A stretch of DNA of 54,112 bases from a virus (lineage: Duplodnaviria > Caudoviricetes): positions 1 through 54,112 of IMG/VR virus record IMGVR_UViG_3300048636_000181. The stretch is one strand, 5' to 3'. Every line of letters starts with the position of its first letter. Position 1 is the stretch's first letter. The notes under the pieces were generated by a model. It worked only from the letters and a program-made list of their open reading frames with translations, was not told the DNA's origin and made no database searches. Of this stretch, positions 16,709-25,789 are shown in pieces. A program made the translations under genes and the position numbers.

Positions 16709-17416
16709 TTACTGACCGCCCTGCTGCCACGGAGCGACGGGCGCGCCGCCTTCCGGGGCCGGCTGAGTCTGCCACGGCGCCTGCGGAGCCGCGGGAGCGG
16801 CCGGCTGCTGGGGCGGGGCCGAGGGAGGCGCTGCCGGGGCTTCAGGGGCGGCCGGAGGGGCCGCGGGAGGAGCCGGAGGGGCCGAGGGCGCCGGAGCGCT
16901 GGGCGGGGCGCTGGGGGCGCCTCCGGGAGCCGGAGGGGCGGCCGGGGGCGAAGGGGGAGCCGAGGGGGCGGAAGGAGCCCCGCCCGCACCGCCCTTGGAC
17001 GGCGGGTTCCCGTTCGCGTCGAGGTAGGCCCGGATGTCAGTGGTGGGCGCCTTGCTCCCGTCGTTCTTGGTGTATTCGCCCTTTTCGAGACGCATCTTGA
17101 AGGGCCGGCCGTGAAGCTGCTGCGTGTCGGTCATTTGCAGGACGCCGCAGACGTGGCAGATCGCCGAGAGGTCCCGGAAAGCGATTTCGACCGCCTGCGG
17201 GTTCTGGTTCTGGACGTTCAGCCGGATCATCAACCGCTTCTTCGCGTTCTCCGGGTCGAGGCACTCAGCAGTGAATACCAGCATGGTGCCATTCTTGTCC
17301 TTAGTCGACATGACTTCGGACTTGACGATATGGAAGTTGTATTCACCGGTCTCGAATACGTCCTGCCCACCAGTGGACGGGTCGTAGTCGTTGGCGTTGA
17401 AGTTCATCTGAACCAT
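16709..17416 (-). CDS. single-stranded DNA-binding protein (DUF669-like) with Pro/Ala-rich tail
   Basis: 'GEYNFHIVKSE', 'RLNVQNQNPQAVEIA..DLSAICH..G'; adjacent to the Sak4-like ATPase. Confidence 0.75.
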   Translation of the reverse strand: MVQMNFNANDYDPSTGGQDVFETGEYNFHIVKSEVMSTKDKNGTMLVFTAECLDPENAKKRLMIRLNVQNQNPQAVEIAFRDLSAICHVCGVLQMTDTQQLHGRPFKMRLEKGEYTKNDGSKAPTTDIRAYLDANGNPPSKGGAGGAPSAPSAPPSPPAAPPAPGGAPSAPPSAPAPSAPPAPPAAPPAAPEAPAAPPSAPPQQPAAPAAPQAPWQTQPAPEGGAPVAPWQQGGQ

Positions 17417-17471
17417 TAGATTACTCCTTGTTTCGGTCAGAATGAGGAATGAATGACGGGTGCCGCTCCTT

Positions 17472-18152
17472 TCACGTCGTCATGATCTTGTTGATAATAT
17501 GGGCGAGATCGGGGTACTCGATTTCGTCGAGCACTCCGCTGCGGTCCTTGGCCTCCGCGTTGAAGGAGGCGTGGGTCCGAAGAGCATGGTAGGTCGAGCC
17601 GTCCGGAGCTTTGTCGGTAAAGGTATTGAATACCTCGTCGAACAGATACGGAAGATCAGGCCCAACCTGACGACCGGGCGTGCTCGGAGTTGCTTTATCA
17701 ACTCCGGTCAGCGGGTCTTTCGTGAGGGTCTGTTTCGCGGTGACGCAGACATGGAAGCCTTCGAGGTCGCGGAAAGCTTTGATGAGATCGATAGCCTCGA
17801 TGGCCATGTCCCCATAAGCCTTGCGTCCGTCATTGGACTTCTTGCGATGAACCGACAAGCATTGCTCGACAATCTCAGAGATACTGTCAACCGCGACCGA
17901 CAGAATCCCTTGCTTTCGGGCATTCTGCTCAATCCACGTCTTAGCGTCCCAGACGTCTTGAAGCTTCTCGATAATGATTACCGGAATGCTCTTCTTCCGA
18001 AGAGTCAGCAAGCCTTTCTCGGCGCTGAGGATGATAGGGCTCGGAAGCGTCCCGCAGAGATGCGTCTTGCCCGACCCGGCCGGGCCGTAGGCAAGAATCT
18101 TGATCCCATGTTCGAACGATTCTCGGTCAGTCGTTGAGAATGTGGGTGCCAA
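17472..18152 (-). CDS. Sak4-like AAA_24 ATPase (recombinase)
   Basis: Walker A 'YGPAGSGKT'; 'AEKGLL', 'VDSISE', 'LPYLFDEV', 'AKDRSG.L'. Confidence 0.85.
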   Translation of the reverse strand: MAPTFSTTDRESFEHGIKILAYGPAGSGKTHLCGTLPSPIILSAEKGLLTLRKKSIPVIIIEKLQDVWDAKTWIEQNARKQGILSVAVDSISEIVEQCLSVHRKKSNDGRKAYGDMAIEAIDLIKAFRDLEGFHVCVTAKQTLTKDPLTGVDKATPSTPGRQVGPDLPYLFDEVFNTFTDKAPDGSTYHALRTHASFNAEAKDRSGVLDEIEYPDLAHIINKIMTT

Positions 18153-18333
18153 AGAGGGGTCCGTCCTTTTCCCATTCGCGGATACGCCGAAGCGCCGCTT
18201 GTTTCGTTAAGGCGCGGTCTACAACTCGACCCCACCACCAGATCTTCCAGAACTTAAGGGCAGGCACCTTTTGGATGCCATACCCCGAGGCCCGCCACTG
18301 GATAGCGTGGGGAGCTTGCGGCCGACGGCTCAC
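18127..18333 (-). CDS. small hypothetical protein
   Basis: GTGA overlap with the upstream stop; fills the operon gap. Confidence 0.45.
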   Translation of the reverse strand: MSRRPQAPHAIQWRASGYGIQKVPALKFWKIWWWGRVVDRALTKQAALRRIREWEKDGPLFGTHILND

Positions 18334-18812
18334 CGGTCCATATTCTCGGTCCAGCGCTCCGGCTCGTCTTCGATGACCTCGGCGTCTTCCCCGGAGGCTT
18401 TCACCGTATAGCCGAGCATGTCGCGAACGCTGTTATACTCGGAGCCGAGCTGGTCCTGATAGACCGACAGCCGTTTGTGGACGTCGGACATGCCGAGCTT
18501 GTACCGAGCCTTATTCTCGGAAGCCTTGATCTTGTCGATGCTGGCCGTGTCGAGCTTTCCGACCACGTGCTTCAGCGCCGAGTAGGCGCAGCCGATACCG
18601 TCGGGCTGAACGGCCGGGTCCACCACGCGGGCGATCGAGTAGCTGTCCATGGTCTCGACCACGATCAGATCGTCGACTTCGAGGTCGGCGCCGATGACGT
18701 TCTTGAAGGCGTAGGCCTTCGAGACCCCGTCACGCGCGTTCTCGTAGGTCGCATTCACGATGGTCGCCCCGTTTGCGAGCTGCATCAGGGTGATTGCTTC
18801 GTTGCTGTTCAT
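18330..18812 (-). CDS. hypothetical protein
   Basis: AAGGAG RBS; 'YAFK...LEVDDLIVVET' pattern seen in many phage proteins. Confidence 0.7.
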   Translation of the reverse strand: MNSNEAITLMQLANGATIVNATYENARDGVSKAYAFKNVIGADLEVDDLIVVETMDSYSIARVVDPAVQPDGIGCAYSALKHVVGKLDTASIDKIKASENKARYKLGMSDVHKRLSVYQDQLGSEYNSVRDMLGYTVKASGEDAEVIEDEPERWTENMDR

Positions 18813-18887
18813 GTCTTCTTGCTCCTTGGGTTGTCCCGGTGGTAAATCCGAGTTGATAGTAATCCTTGGGTCGAGGCGGCTGCTCGC

Positions 18888-19121
18888 CTACCCTCCGTAA
18901 TAGGCGTCGCCAGTGGCGAAGATGTCGGCCCCGGCGCCCTTGAGGACTGCGAGGAACTCCTCGAACTCGACGTCAGCCCAGATCTGATAATCGCTGCCGC
19001 GAACGGCAATGATCGTCTTGCCCCGATGGGAGTTAGCCGAGATGATGTCGGTCAGGCTGATGATATGCTCGCGCCTGTCGCCGTCGCGCGAAGTGCTGGT
19101 GACGTGGACGAAGCCGCTCAT
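18888..19121 (-). CDS. hypothetical protein
   Basis: Start moved to MSGFVHV (GGAGG RBS, ATGA overlap). Confidence 0.6.
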   Translation of the reverse strand: MSGFVHVTSTSRDGDRREHIISLTDIISANSHRGKTIIAVRGSDYQIWADVEFEEFLAVLKGAGADIFATGDAYYGG

Positions 19122-19543
19122 GACAGTTTCACCTCCGGCGATGCGTCCTTCGTCGTGTAGACGTTGGCGAAGATCTTCGCGGCGTCGCCTTCGAGCTTGT
19201 CGACCTGCTTCTTCTCGATCTCGTATTTGACCCGGAGAAGATCGTCGAAGGTGCACGGGACGTCGTTCAGCTTCCGGTATTCCTCACGCGCCGCGGGAAT
19301 GGAAGCCTCGTCGACCGACCGGGTCACCTTGTGGTTGACCTTCAGGGTCCGAAGATCGGGGAGGAGGTAGTTGTTCATCCCCTCCTTGAAGTCGACGCCC
19401 ATGGCTTGCCGGACGCTGTCGCGGATGGCTTTCCGCATCTCCAGTTCTTTGGATTCGAGGGGCTTAAGCTGTTTCTTCAGCTCGGCGATCTTGCCGGCCA
19501 GCTTATCCCACTCGTCGACGTAGTCAGTGAAAGATGTGGTCAT
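19118..19543 (-). CDS. hypothetical coiled-coil protein, first gene of the leftward arm
   Basis: AAGGAG RBS; possible promoter TTGAAG-17-TAGAAA at 19568-19596. Confidence 0.7.
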   Translation of the reverse strand: MTTSFTDYVDEWDKLAGKIAELKKQLKPLESKELEMRKAIRDSVRQAMGVDFKEGMNNYLLPDLRTLKVNHKVTRSVDEASIPAAREEYRKLNDVPCTFDDLLRVKYEIEKKQVDKLEGDAAKIFANVYTTKDASPEVKLS

Positions 19544-19704
19544 TGTTTCGCTCCTTGGTCTTCCTCATTTCTAACGGGCATTATTGGGCTCTTCAACCAG
19601 AAATTAGTTCCTCTCGAATTTAAACTTAAGTCCTCCCTATAGAAAGGAATTGCCCCTACCCATGAAATTTCATAAGGTGGGGAAAGGCACGAGAAAGGGA
19701 GCGC

Positions 19705-20028
19705 ATGTCAGAAATAAGAGGCCCGAGGCTTGTGGACATAGTCCGCAGCCTATTGGACAGTCACGGCTATACGAACCGTCGTTGTCATGAAGAGTTCGGG
19801 GTAGGAATAACATGGCTCAGTGACTTTCGCCGAAATGAAGGCCGAGCCCCAAGCGCTCAGACCATGCAGCTCATCTATGAGCAAATAACGGGTCAAGCGC
19901 TAATAAAGGAAGAGGCCCCAACAATCCCCGGAGCGAAAGGGACTGCCGAGGCCTCTAAGGCAGCAAGCCACTCTAATAATAGGCTCCCCTTGAAAGAGGG
20001 TCAAGAGCCAAAAGGAGCACAGCAATGA
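19705..20028 (+). CDS. XRE/Cro-like HTH protein
   Basis: 'TNRRCHEEFGVGITWLSDFRR...PSAQTMQLIYEQITG'; sits at the divergence point. Confidence 0.65.
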   Translation: MSEIRGPRLVDIVRSLLDSHGYTNRRCHEEFGVGITWLSDFRRNEGRAPSAQTMQLIYEQITGQALIKEEAPTIPGAKGTAEASKAASHSNNRLPLKEGQEPKGAQQ

Positions 20029-22535
20029 TTTGCACCGGATTCGGCGCAAGCGATACTCATGCGCTCATTCTTAATGATGGTCGGCAGAACCCTCATCCGA
20101 GCGCAGGACATCCCTACACGACAATCTCACTGGAAAATATTATCGGGCAAGTGATCGAGCCGGTCTCCGTTCCTAAAGAACAAGGCCAGTGGATCATTCC
20201 GAGTTCCTACCACCAGTACGATGCGCGCTCCCATGAGGCGCAACGGACTCACGGGCATTACTCTCTTCTCTGCGTCGACATTGACCAAGGGAACCCCTCG
20301 CTCGAACAGGTCTCGGCTACCGTAGATCAGGCGATCGGCGAACAGAATTGGCGAGTGATCTACTCGACGGCCTCTTCTACCGAGACCAACCGGAAGTGGC
20401 GCGTGCTGATCGCCCTCGGGGAATACCTCACCGGGGAAGAGTACGGCGCCTATCAAGCGGCCCTCTTCGATGGGCTCGAACATCTCGGCCTCCGAATGGA
20501 CCGGACCCTAGAACGAGCAGGGCAGCTGGTCTTTCTTCCCAACCGCGGAGCCTACTACCAGCACTTGATTGCCGGAACCGCTCTACTCAACCCGCGCCAT
20601 CACCCTATGGCAAAGCGCGCTCAGGAATATATCGAGGTAACCCGGTACGCTCTGCAGAACTATACGGGGCAGGACCGGCAGGAGGGCATGAGAAGTCCGC
20701 TTCGGGCTTTCCGGAAGAAACACTCTATCGCCGAGATTCTTCTCGCCTATGGGTATGAACAGCGCGGTGCCTCGGACCATTACCGAAGCCCCTACCAGAC
20801 TTCCGGAGGCTATGCCACTCAGGACCGCGGGGACCATTGGATCAGCCTGTCTCATTCTGACGCCGACGCTGGCCTCGGACGCCCGACACCGAACGGCTCT
20901 CGGTATGGCGACGCTTTCGACATCTACGTTCACTTCCAATGCGGAGGGAATACCGAGACCGCCATGGTCTATGCTCGCCAGTGTCTGGCTGAAGAGGACG
21001 AGGCTCGGTACGGGGAAGCCACGGCCGCGCATGGGCGAGAGACCTACGAGAACCTGCAAATGATCGGAAGCCAGCTAGGGCCGGCTGGGCAGAAGGCGGC
21101 TCTCGAAGAAGCGGCGGTCAAGGTTGAGGCATTGAAAGGAACATTGCCAACCTCGACCCCGGACGAGAACGACTGGGATATTCCATGGCCTCCCGGCATC
21201 GCCGGCAACATCGCATATTACATCTACTCGACCTCGGCCCGACCCGTGAAGCAATTCAGCATCGGCATGGCGCTCTATATGCTGGCTGCCATCGGCGGAA
21301 GGAAATACAACGTCGAGGGCTTCGGGATAAACCTCTTCCTTCAGATCGTCGCCGATTCCGGCCGAGGGAAAGGGGAGGCGCGCCGCGGCGTCATGAGACT
21401 GGCGAACGAGCTAGGCTATCTGACGCAGGACGCCCCCGGCATTATGGACGTCTTCGGCAACGATATGCCCGCCTCTGCCGCTGGTCTCAGAAAGATGTTC
21501 GATGAGAACAACGGGACCCGCGCCGTCTATCGAGAAGACGCCGACGCGCTGGTCGAAAGCCTGACGCAGACGCAGCCCGGCTCTAACGGGGACTTGCTAC
21601 GCGCCGGCCTTTCGAACTTCTGGGACCAATCCGGCGCCGGGTCGATCATGGGCGCGGTCCGGTATTCCAAGGACGAGAACTCGACGGTGGCCGTCTCCTC
21701 CCCGTCCCTGACCCTCGGGTGGGATTATCAGACGGCCCCGTTCGCGCGATACCTCGGGCACCCGGTCGTCGTGACCTCGGGCATCGGGGCGCGCTTCATT
21801 TATGTGACCCGGTACGGCTCGCGCATGAAGACCTCGAAGGGCGTCAGCCGTCCAGCACCTGAGCCCGCCATGATGGAATACCTCAAAGCTTTGTGGGGGA
21901 ATATCCGGGCTCATGCCCACACAGTCATCGACGTGACTTGGGAAGCCGAGGCTCGCGCCCTGTTCGAGAAGATGGACGACGAGACCATCGACCGTATGGA
22001 CGCCGGCCGGGAATTCGATGACATTCTAAACCGCGCGCACCTGAACTCCGCCAAGGTCGCAGCCTGCCTCGCCGTCGGGCAGAACCCCCACGCCCCGAGG
22101 ATTACGGTTGAACTGTTCCAGTGGGCTCAAGCCTTCGTCATGAAGGGCTATAACGAATGTATCCGGCTGGCCTCCGCGGGGGAAGTCGGAGGAGGCGAAC
22201 GCGTCCGGGTCGGCAAGGCGATCAAGGCGATCTCGGACTATGTGAATATGTCCCCCGGCAAACGCCATACCTCCTACAAGGTTCCGAAGACTCTCGATAC
22301 TCTCGACGATGTCATCTGCGAGAAGTTCTTCCTTGAGCGATTGCAGAAGCTTGCCGACTTCAAGGGCAGTGACCTCGGGCTGACCTCGGAGGACATTGTT
22401 CGCAAGACTCTGAGGGAGATGGTTCAGCAGGAATACTTGATCCCGGTCACGCGGACCGAAGTCATGCAACAGAAGAAAGTACTCATTTCTGCAAGACTCT
22501 CTCAGCCGCTTTATATGTTAGGCCCGGCTCTGTAA
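20025..22535 (+). CDS. DNA primase (PrimPol-type N-terminal domain plus C-terminal P-loop-like domain)
   Basis: 'CVDID', 'YSTASS....KWRVLI'; 'ADSGRGKGE'; 836 aa next to the putative origin. Confidence 0.75.
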   Translation: MICTGFGASDTHALILNDGRQNPHPSAGHPYTTISLENIIGQVIEPVSVPKEQGQWIIPSSYHQYDARSHEAQRTHGHYSLLCVDIDQGNPSLEQVSATVDQAIGEQNWRVIYSTASSTETNRKWRVLIALGEYLTGEEYGAYQAALFDGLEHLGLRMDRTLERAGQLVFLPNRGAYYQHLIAGTALLNPRHHPMAKRAQEYIEVTRYALQNYTGQDRQEGMRSPLRAFRKKHSIAEILLAYGYEQRGASDHYRSPYQTSGGYATQDRGDHWISLSHSDADAGLGRPTPNGSRYGDAFDIYVHFQCGGNTETAMVYARQCLAEEDEARYGEATAAHGRETYENLQMIGSQLGPAGQKAALEEAAVKVEALKGTLPTSTPDENDWDIPWPPGIAGNIAYYIYSTSARPVKQFSIGMALYMLAAIGGRKYNVEGFGINLFLQIVADSGRGKGEARRGVMRLANELGYLTQDAPGIMDVFGNDMPASAAGLRKMFDENNGTRAVYREDADALVESLTQTQPGSNGDLLRAGLSNFWDQSGAGSIMGAVRYSKDENSTVAVSSPSLTLGWDYQTAPFARYLGHPVVVTSGIGARFIYVTRYGSRMKTSKGVSRPAPEPAMMEYLKALWGNIRAHAHTVIDVTWEAEARALFEKMDDETIDRMDAGREFDDILNRAHLNSAKVAACLAVGQNPHAPRITVELFQWAQAFVMKGYNECIRLASAGEVGGGERVRVGKAIKAISDYVNMSPGKRHTSYKVPKTLDTLDDVICEKFFLERLQKLADFKGSDLGLTSEDIVRKTLREMVQQEYLIPVTRTEVMQQKKVLISARLSQPLYMLGPAL

Positions 22536-22539
22536 GAGG

Positions 22540-22920
22540 GGTCGGAACTGGGGTAAAGTCTTATCCCCTAGTTATCCCTTAATAAAATCAATGGGTTAGC
22601 TGGAAGATTACATTTGGTAGGATGCTGAAATGCCCTCTAAGAAAATGAATGATATCAAAGGGTTAACCCCAGTTAAGGGGGTGATTAAGAGGGGGAGGGG
22701 GCGGGGGGTCCGGGGAGAGGGGGTATTACGGGGGAGAAGGGAGTGGGAGGGTGTGGTGGTAGGATGGCCAAAATTTCTCCCCTCTCACCCCCTCATCCCC
22801 TGCTGCCCTGTAACTATATATAACCCTATGAAATATAAGGAAATTTTGGGGGGAAATGTCAAGGGGTTTAAACGGGGCAGAAAAACCCTGCTTACATTAG
22901 TATAGAAGACTAGAAAAAGG
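22540..22920. other. putative replication origin / non-coding control region
   Basis: Non-coding; AT-rich flanks; IHF-consensus matches at 22586-22598 and 22653-22665; TTATCCC repeats; a strongly G-skewed tract at about 22677-22752. Confidence 0.55.
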
Positions 22921-22929
22921 ACCGAGAAA

Positions 22930-23511
22930 TTGGATTACAGAGACGCGATAAATTCGCTTCGAAGCAGGGTCGATCTGTATGATTCAGCCCGTGCTAGAGC
23001 AGAGGTCAGGGAGGGTATGCCTGCCCTGTCGGCCAGTGAGAACCCGATCCGTCAGGTCATGGCCTATAGCCGGGGGAAGCGGTATCTCCCCGCCATGTTC
23101 GCTATGGGCCGGATCGCAGGCGCCGCCATTGTCTGGCAGCCGGAGAACGGAAACAAGGTCGAGGTCATCGGGGCCGAACTCTGCGTCGAGGTCTTCGCCG
23201 AGCATTGGGGATACATCAGTTCGGCGAACGCTGGCGGAATCCATGGGGACCTCTACAGCTATGCCGTCTCGTGCCTCGAACCCTCGGGGGATCGGTTCAC
23301 TTACTTGAGCGGAGTTCGAGAGCGGCGGGTTAGGCTCTTGCAGGTCAAGCACCGGGTGGCGAATTGCTATCCTGAACTTCGACGGCGAGGGTCCGAGGAA
23401 ATCGAGCTCGCCCCTTCCCACGGTGGCCGCCTCTATCTCGGAGGAGTGGTGTTCGGGGATGAGTGGTATCGGAAGAATACCCCGTTCGCTTTCCTCGGAC
23501 TTAAGTTATAG
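22930..23511 (+). CDS. hypothetical protein
   Basis: 193-aa ORF with TTG start; first of the rightward early cluster. Confidence 0.55.
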   Translation: MDYRDAINSLRSRVDLYDSARARAEVREGMPALSASENPIRQVMAYSRGKRYLPAMFAMGRIAGAAIVWQPENGNKVEVIGAELCVEVFAEHWGYISSANAGGIHGDLYSYAVSCLEPSGDRFTYLSGVRERRVRLLQVKHRVANCYPELRRRGSEEIELAPSHGGRLYLGGVVFGDEWYRKNTPFAFLGLKL

Positions 23512-23538
23512 TGGAGGGCTCAGCATAGGAGCACGAGA

Positions 23539-23736
23539 ATGAAATCTCCCCGAGGAAAAGGTATGGTTACTGATGACTGCTACGAGGGCTTTACCTCGAA
23601 GCCGGTTAAGGCGGGAACAGAAGTTTTAATCTGGGGCCATAACTCTAATGAGAAGACCACGCTCGTCAGCCGTTCTCGTTATGGACGGCGATTCGTGGTT
23701 CCAACTAAGAGTATAGAAAAGGGGTTGTCAAGGTAG
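23539..23736 (+). CDS. small hypothetical protein
   Basis: TAGGAG RBS. Confidence 0.55.
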   Translation: MKSPRGKGMVTDDCYEGFTSKPVKAGTEVLIWGHNSNEKTTLVSRSRYGRRFVVPTKSIEKGLSR

Positions 23737-23753
23737 ACAAGTCGCTGTATATT
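23725..23753 (+). promoter_or_regulatory. sigma70-type promoter
   Basis: TTGTCA-17-TATATT. Confidence 0.8.
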
Positions 23754-23799
23754 CAAGACATAGAGCAACGGGGCGAGGCCCCACTTAGGAGCGAAGAAA

Positions 23800-24402
23800 A
23801 TGGAAAAGGTTCTCTGCAAGGTCGAAGGTACCGAGGTCCGTATGGGCGACTACGTCGGTTTCAAAGACGGGGTCGAAGAGAGCGGCCGGGTCGAAGGCTT
23901 CGAGAATGGGCAGCTGGTCGTCAGCTGCTGGGATGGTGAGGCCGGCGAATACTACGAGCGCCGCAAGGCTCCCTCCCGCTGCTGGTTCGAGGCTCCGGGG
24001 GCACAGACTATCGCGGATACCAAGAAAGCCCGCGAAGCAAGCATTGCAGCAATGGCTCAGCAGGCTATGGTCGGCAACGCCATGATCGAGGCAGGCAACA
24101 ATTCGACGGTCGACCATATCAAGGCGGCCGAAGCTCAAGTGATCTCGGCCAAGGAAGGTGAGATGGTCGACGCCCCCGAAGGTACCATGGTCGACTTCGC
24201 AGCAGAGACGGCGACCTCCTCTGACGCGCTCTGGGCCGCGACCTACTCCGGCGCCCGGACCTCCGGCCTCAGCAAGACGGCCGCTCTTCGGGCGACCGCG
24301 GCAGGCTGGAAAGGCTCCCGCAAGGAGTTCCTCACGGCGGCCGAGAAATACGGCCTCAATTCCGGCACGGCAGCCCGCCAGTGGCAGGAAGGCCGGAAGT
24401 GA
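23800..24402 (+). CDS. hypothetical protein with divergent shared C-terminal domain (paralogue 3)
   Basis: TAGGAG RBS; 'GSRKEFLTAAEKYGLNSGTAARQW'. Confidence 0.7.
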   Translation: MEKVLCKVEGTEVRMGDYVGFKDGVEESGRVEGFENGQLVVSCWDGEAGEYYERRKAPSRCWFEAPGAQTIADTKKAREASIAAMAQQAMVGNAMIEAGNNSTVDHIKAAEAQVISAKEGEMVDAPEGTMVDFAAETATSSDALWAATYSGARTSGLSKTAALRATAAGWKGSRKEFLTAAEKYGLNSGTAARQWQEGRK

Positions 24403-24436
24403 AATCAACAGGCGGGCCATGGTAAAATGGCTCGCC
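24399..24436 (+). promoter_or_regulatory. extended -10 promoter candidate inside an inverted repeat
   Basis: TGgTAAAAT within GGCGGGCCAT-GGTAAA-ATGGCTCGCC. Confidence 0.45.
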
Positions 24437-24455
24437 GACTACATGGAGCGAAGCA

Positions 24456-24575
24456 ATGACTAAAATATTAGACAGGCTCTTCGACGTCGTAATGATAGCC
24501 CTCGGGCTCATGCTCAGGGGCTTCTGCCTGACTGCCGGGGGCGCCTTCGCCCTCCGCTGGATGGGGGTGCTCTGA
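24456..24575 (+). CDS. small membrane peptide (39 aa), absent from the ORF track
   Basis: MTKILDRLFDVVMIALGLMLRGFCLTAGGAFALRWMGVL*; GGAG RBS; TGATG overlap with the next gene. Confidence 0.5.
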   Translation: MTKILDRLFDVVMIALGLMLRGFCLTAGGAFALRWMGVL

Positions 24576-24898
24576 TGGACCGATTCACCGCCAAGGTCGT
24601 CGCTGATCTTACAGGCAAGGAATCCTTACGCCCTTATACCTATATGGTTGGTATTGATCTCTTCGAACTAGAACTTCGTATGGCCCTTCGGGCGGAGAAA
24701 TACAAGAAGGGCTGCATTCCGAAGACTGAGCTCGAGTACTATAAGGACGTCTGCTCCTCAATTAATGATGTTATGGTCGAGGATATTTTGAGCTACCGGT
24801 TCAAGGAATACCGCACTCTCTGGTCGGCATTTACTGCTGCCAAGCCAGCCTATAATGAGGAGCTGTTCCGTCAGATGTACCTCGGCCAGTGGTCATGA
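24575..24898 (+). CDS. hypothetical protein
   Basis: Translationally coupled ORF. Confidence 0.6.
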   Translation: MDRFTAKVVADLTGKESLRPYTYMVGIDLFELELRMALRAEKYKKGCIPKTELEYYKDVCSSINDVMVEDILSYRFKEYRTLWSAFTAAKPAYNEELFRQMYLGQWS

Positions 24899-25116
24899 CC
24901 ATGATCCCTTATCCTCGGTTCCTCGAACTGGCGAGGGCAAACCTATGCCTCATCGAAGCGACCCGAGATCGGGGAATGACGGTTCTCAGCGTCCACTACG
25001 ATCAGGCGGGCGGTCCGATCGACTTCATGCTTGTCGATGATCAAGATGAATACTACCACGCCCGCATAGTGCCCGATCAAGATGACTGGCGGGTGCTTTG
25101 GATTAAATCAACATAG
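24895..25116 (+). CDS. hypothetical protein
   Basis: ATGA overlap with the previous gene. Confidence 0.55.
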   Translation: MTMIPYPRFLELARANLCLIEATRDRGMTVLSVHYDQAGGPIDFMLVDDQDEYYHARIVPDQDDWRVLWIKST

Positions 25117-25126
25117 GAGCGATACG

Positions 25127-25525
25127 ATGACACGAGATGAAGCTAAGCGGGTAATGCACTACCTCGAAGGGCTACTCGGAACCGCAGACAGCGCCCCGAT
25201 CCTTGAGCCGGACAGCAAAGCGGCAAAGTGGGTACTGGAGGAAACGGGGGCGGGTAACCTCAAGGAAGCCCGCGAGAAGGCCGAGGCGGTACTGGCCGGG
25301 AAGACGGTGGTTCTTCAGGAGCCTCCTCTCAAACAGGAGCCCTTCTCCTTCGTCAATGCCGACATGGCGGAACTGGAACGCGCGGTACTGGGGCGCGCCC
25401 ATGCGGCAGAGCTGAAAACGACCCGCTACCGCATGGCCCTCGAAGCTATCGCCGGGAGCAAAGGCCGCATCGGCATCTCCGAACTGATTCGGATCGCTGA
25501 GCAAGCGCTGGGCGAAGGGAACTAA
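25127..25525 (+). CDS. hypothetical protein
   Basis: TAGGAG RBS before ATG 25127. Confidence 0.6.
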   Translation: MTRDEAKRVMHYLEGLLGTADSAPILEPDSKAAKWVLEETGAGNLKEAREKAEAVLAGKTVVLQEPPLKQEPFSFVNADMAELERAVLGRAHAAELKTTRYRMALEAIAGSKGRIGISELIRIAEQALGEGN

Positions 25526-25532
25526 ATTTACC

Positions 25533-25561
25533 TTGAGTCTGCTCCGGGTCCGGGCTAGGCT
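25533..25561 (+). promoter_or_regulatory. sigma70-type promoter candidate
   Basis: TTGAGT-17-TAGGCT. Confidence 0.5.
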
Positions 25562-25789
25562 TAAGGCTCTAGAGGAGACACTTAATGCCACAACTGCGTA
25601 AGGATCCGCCTCGCCGAGTTTCGGCCTTGGTCTGGGGCACATCGTTCGCATATACCCGCGACGCCAAAACATAAGCATACCATGCTGAGTAGGTACCCGT
25701 CCAGCGCGAGGCGCACTCGGGGCAGACCCTAGACGGAATCCGGGGAAGCCCGTCACCCGTCTAGGGTCTAAGAATTTAGGAGCAACCAA

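Noticed and set aside
16720-17000. GC-rich quasi-repeats as a DNA repeat element
   Set aside because: They are explained by the Pro/Ala low-complexity tail of the SSB.
19705-20028. HTH gene as a lysogeny repressor
   Set aside because: No integrase, partition genes, S24 peptidase domain or operator array was seen; it is more likely a lytic regulator.
22561-22580. DnaA boxes
   Set aside because: TTATCCCCT and TTATCCCTT differ from TTATCCACA at 2 and 3 positions, which is too weak to call.
22630-22905. 91-aa ORF in the origin-like region
   Set aside because: No RBS; the Gly/Arg-rich translation simply reflects the G-tract.
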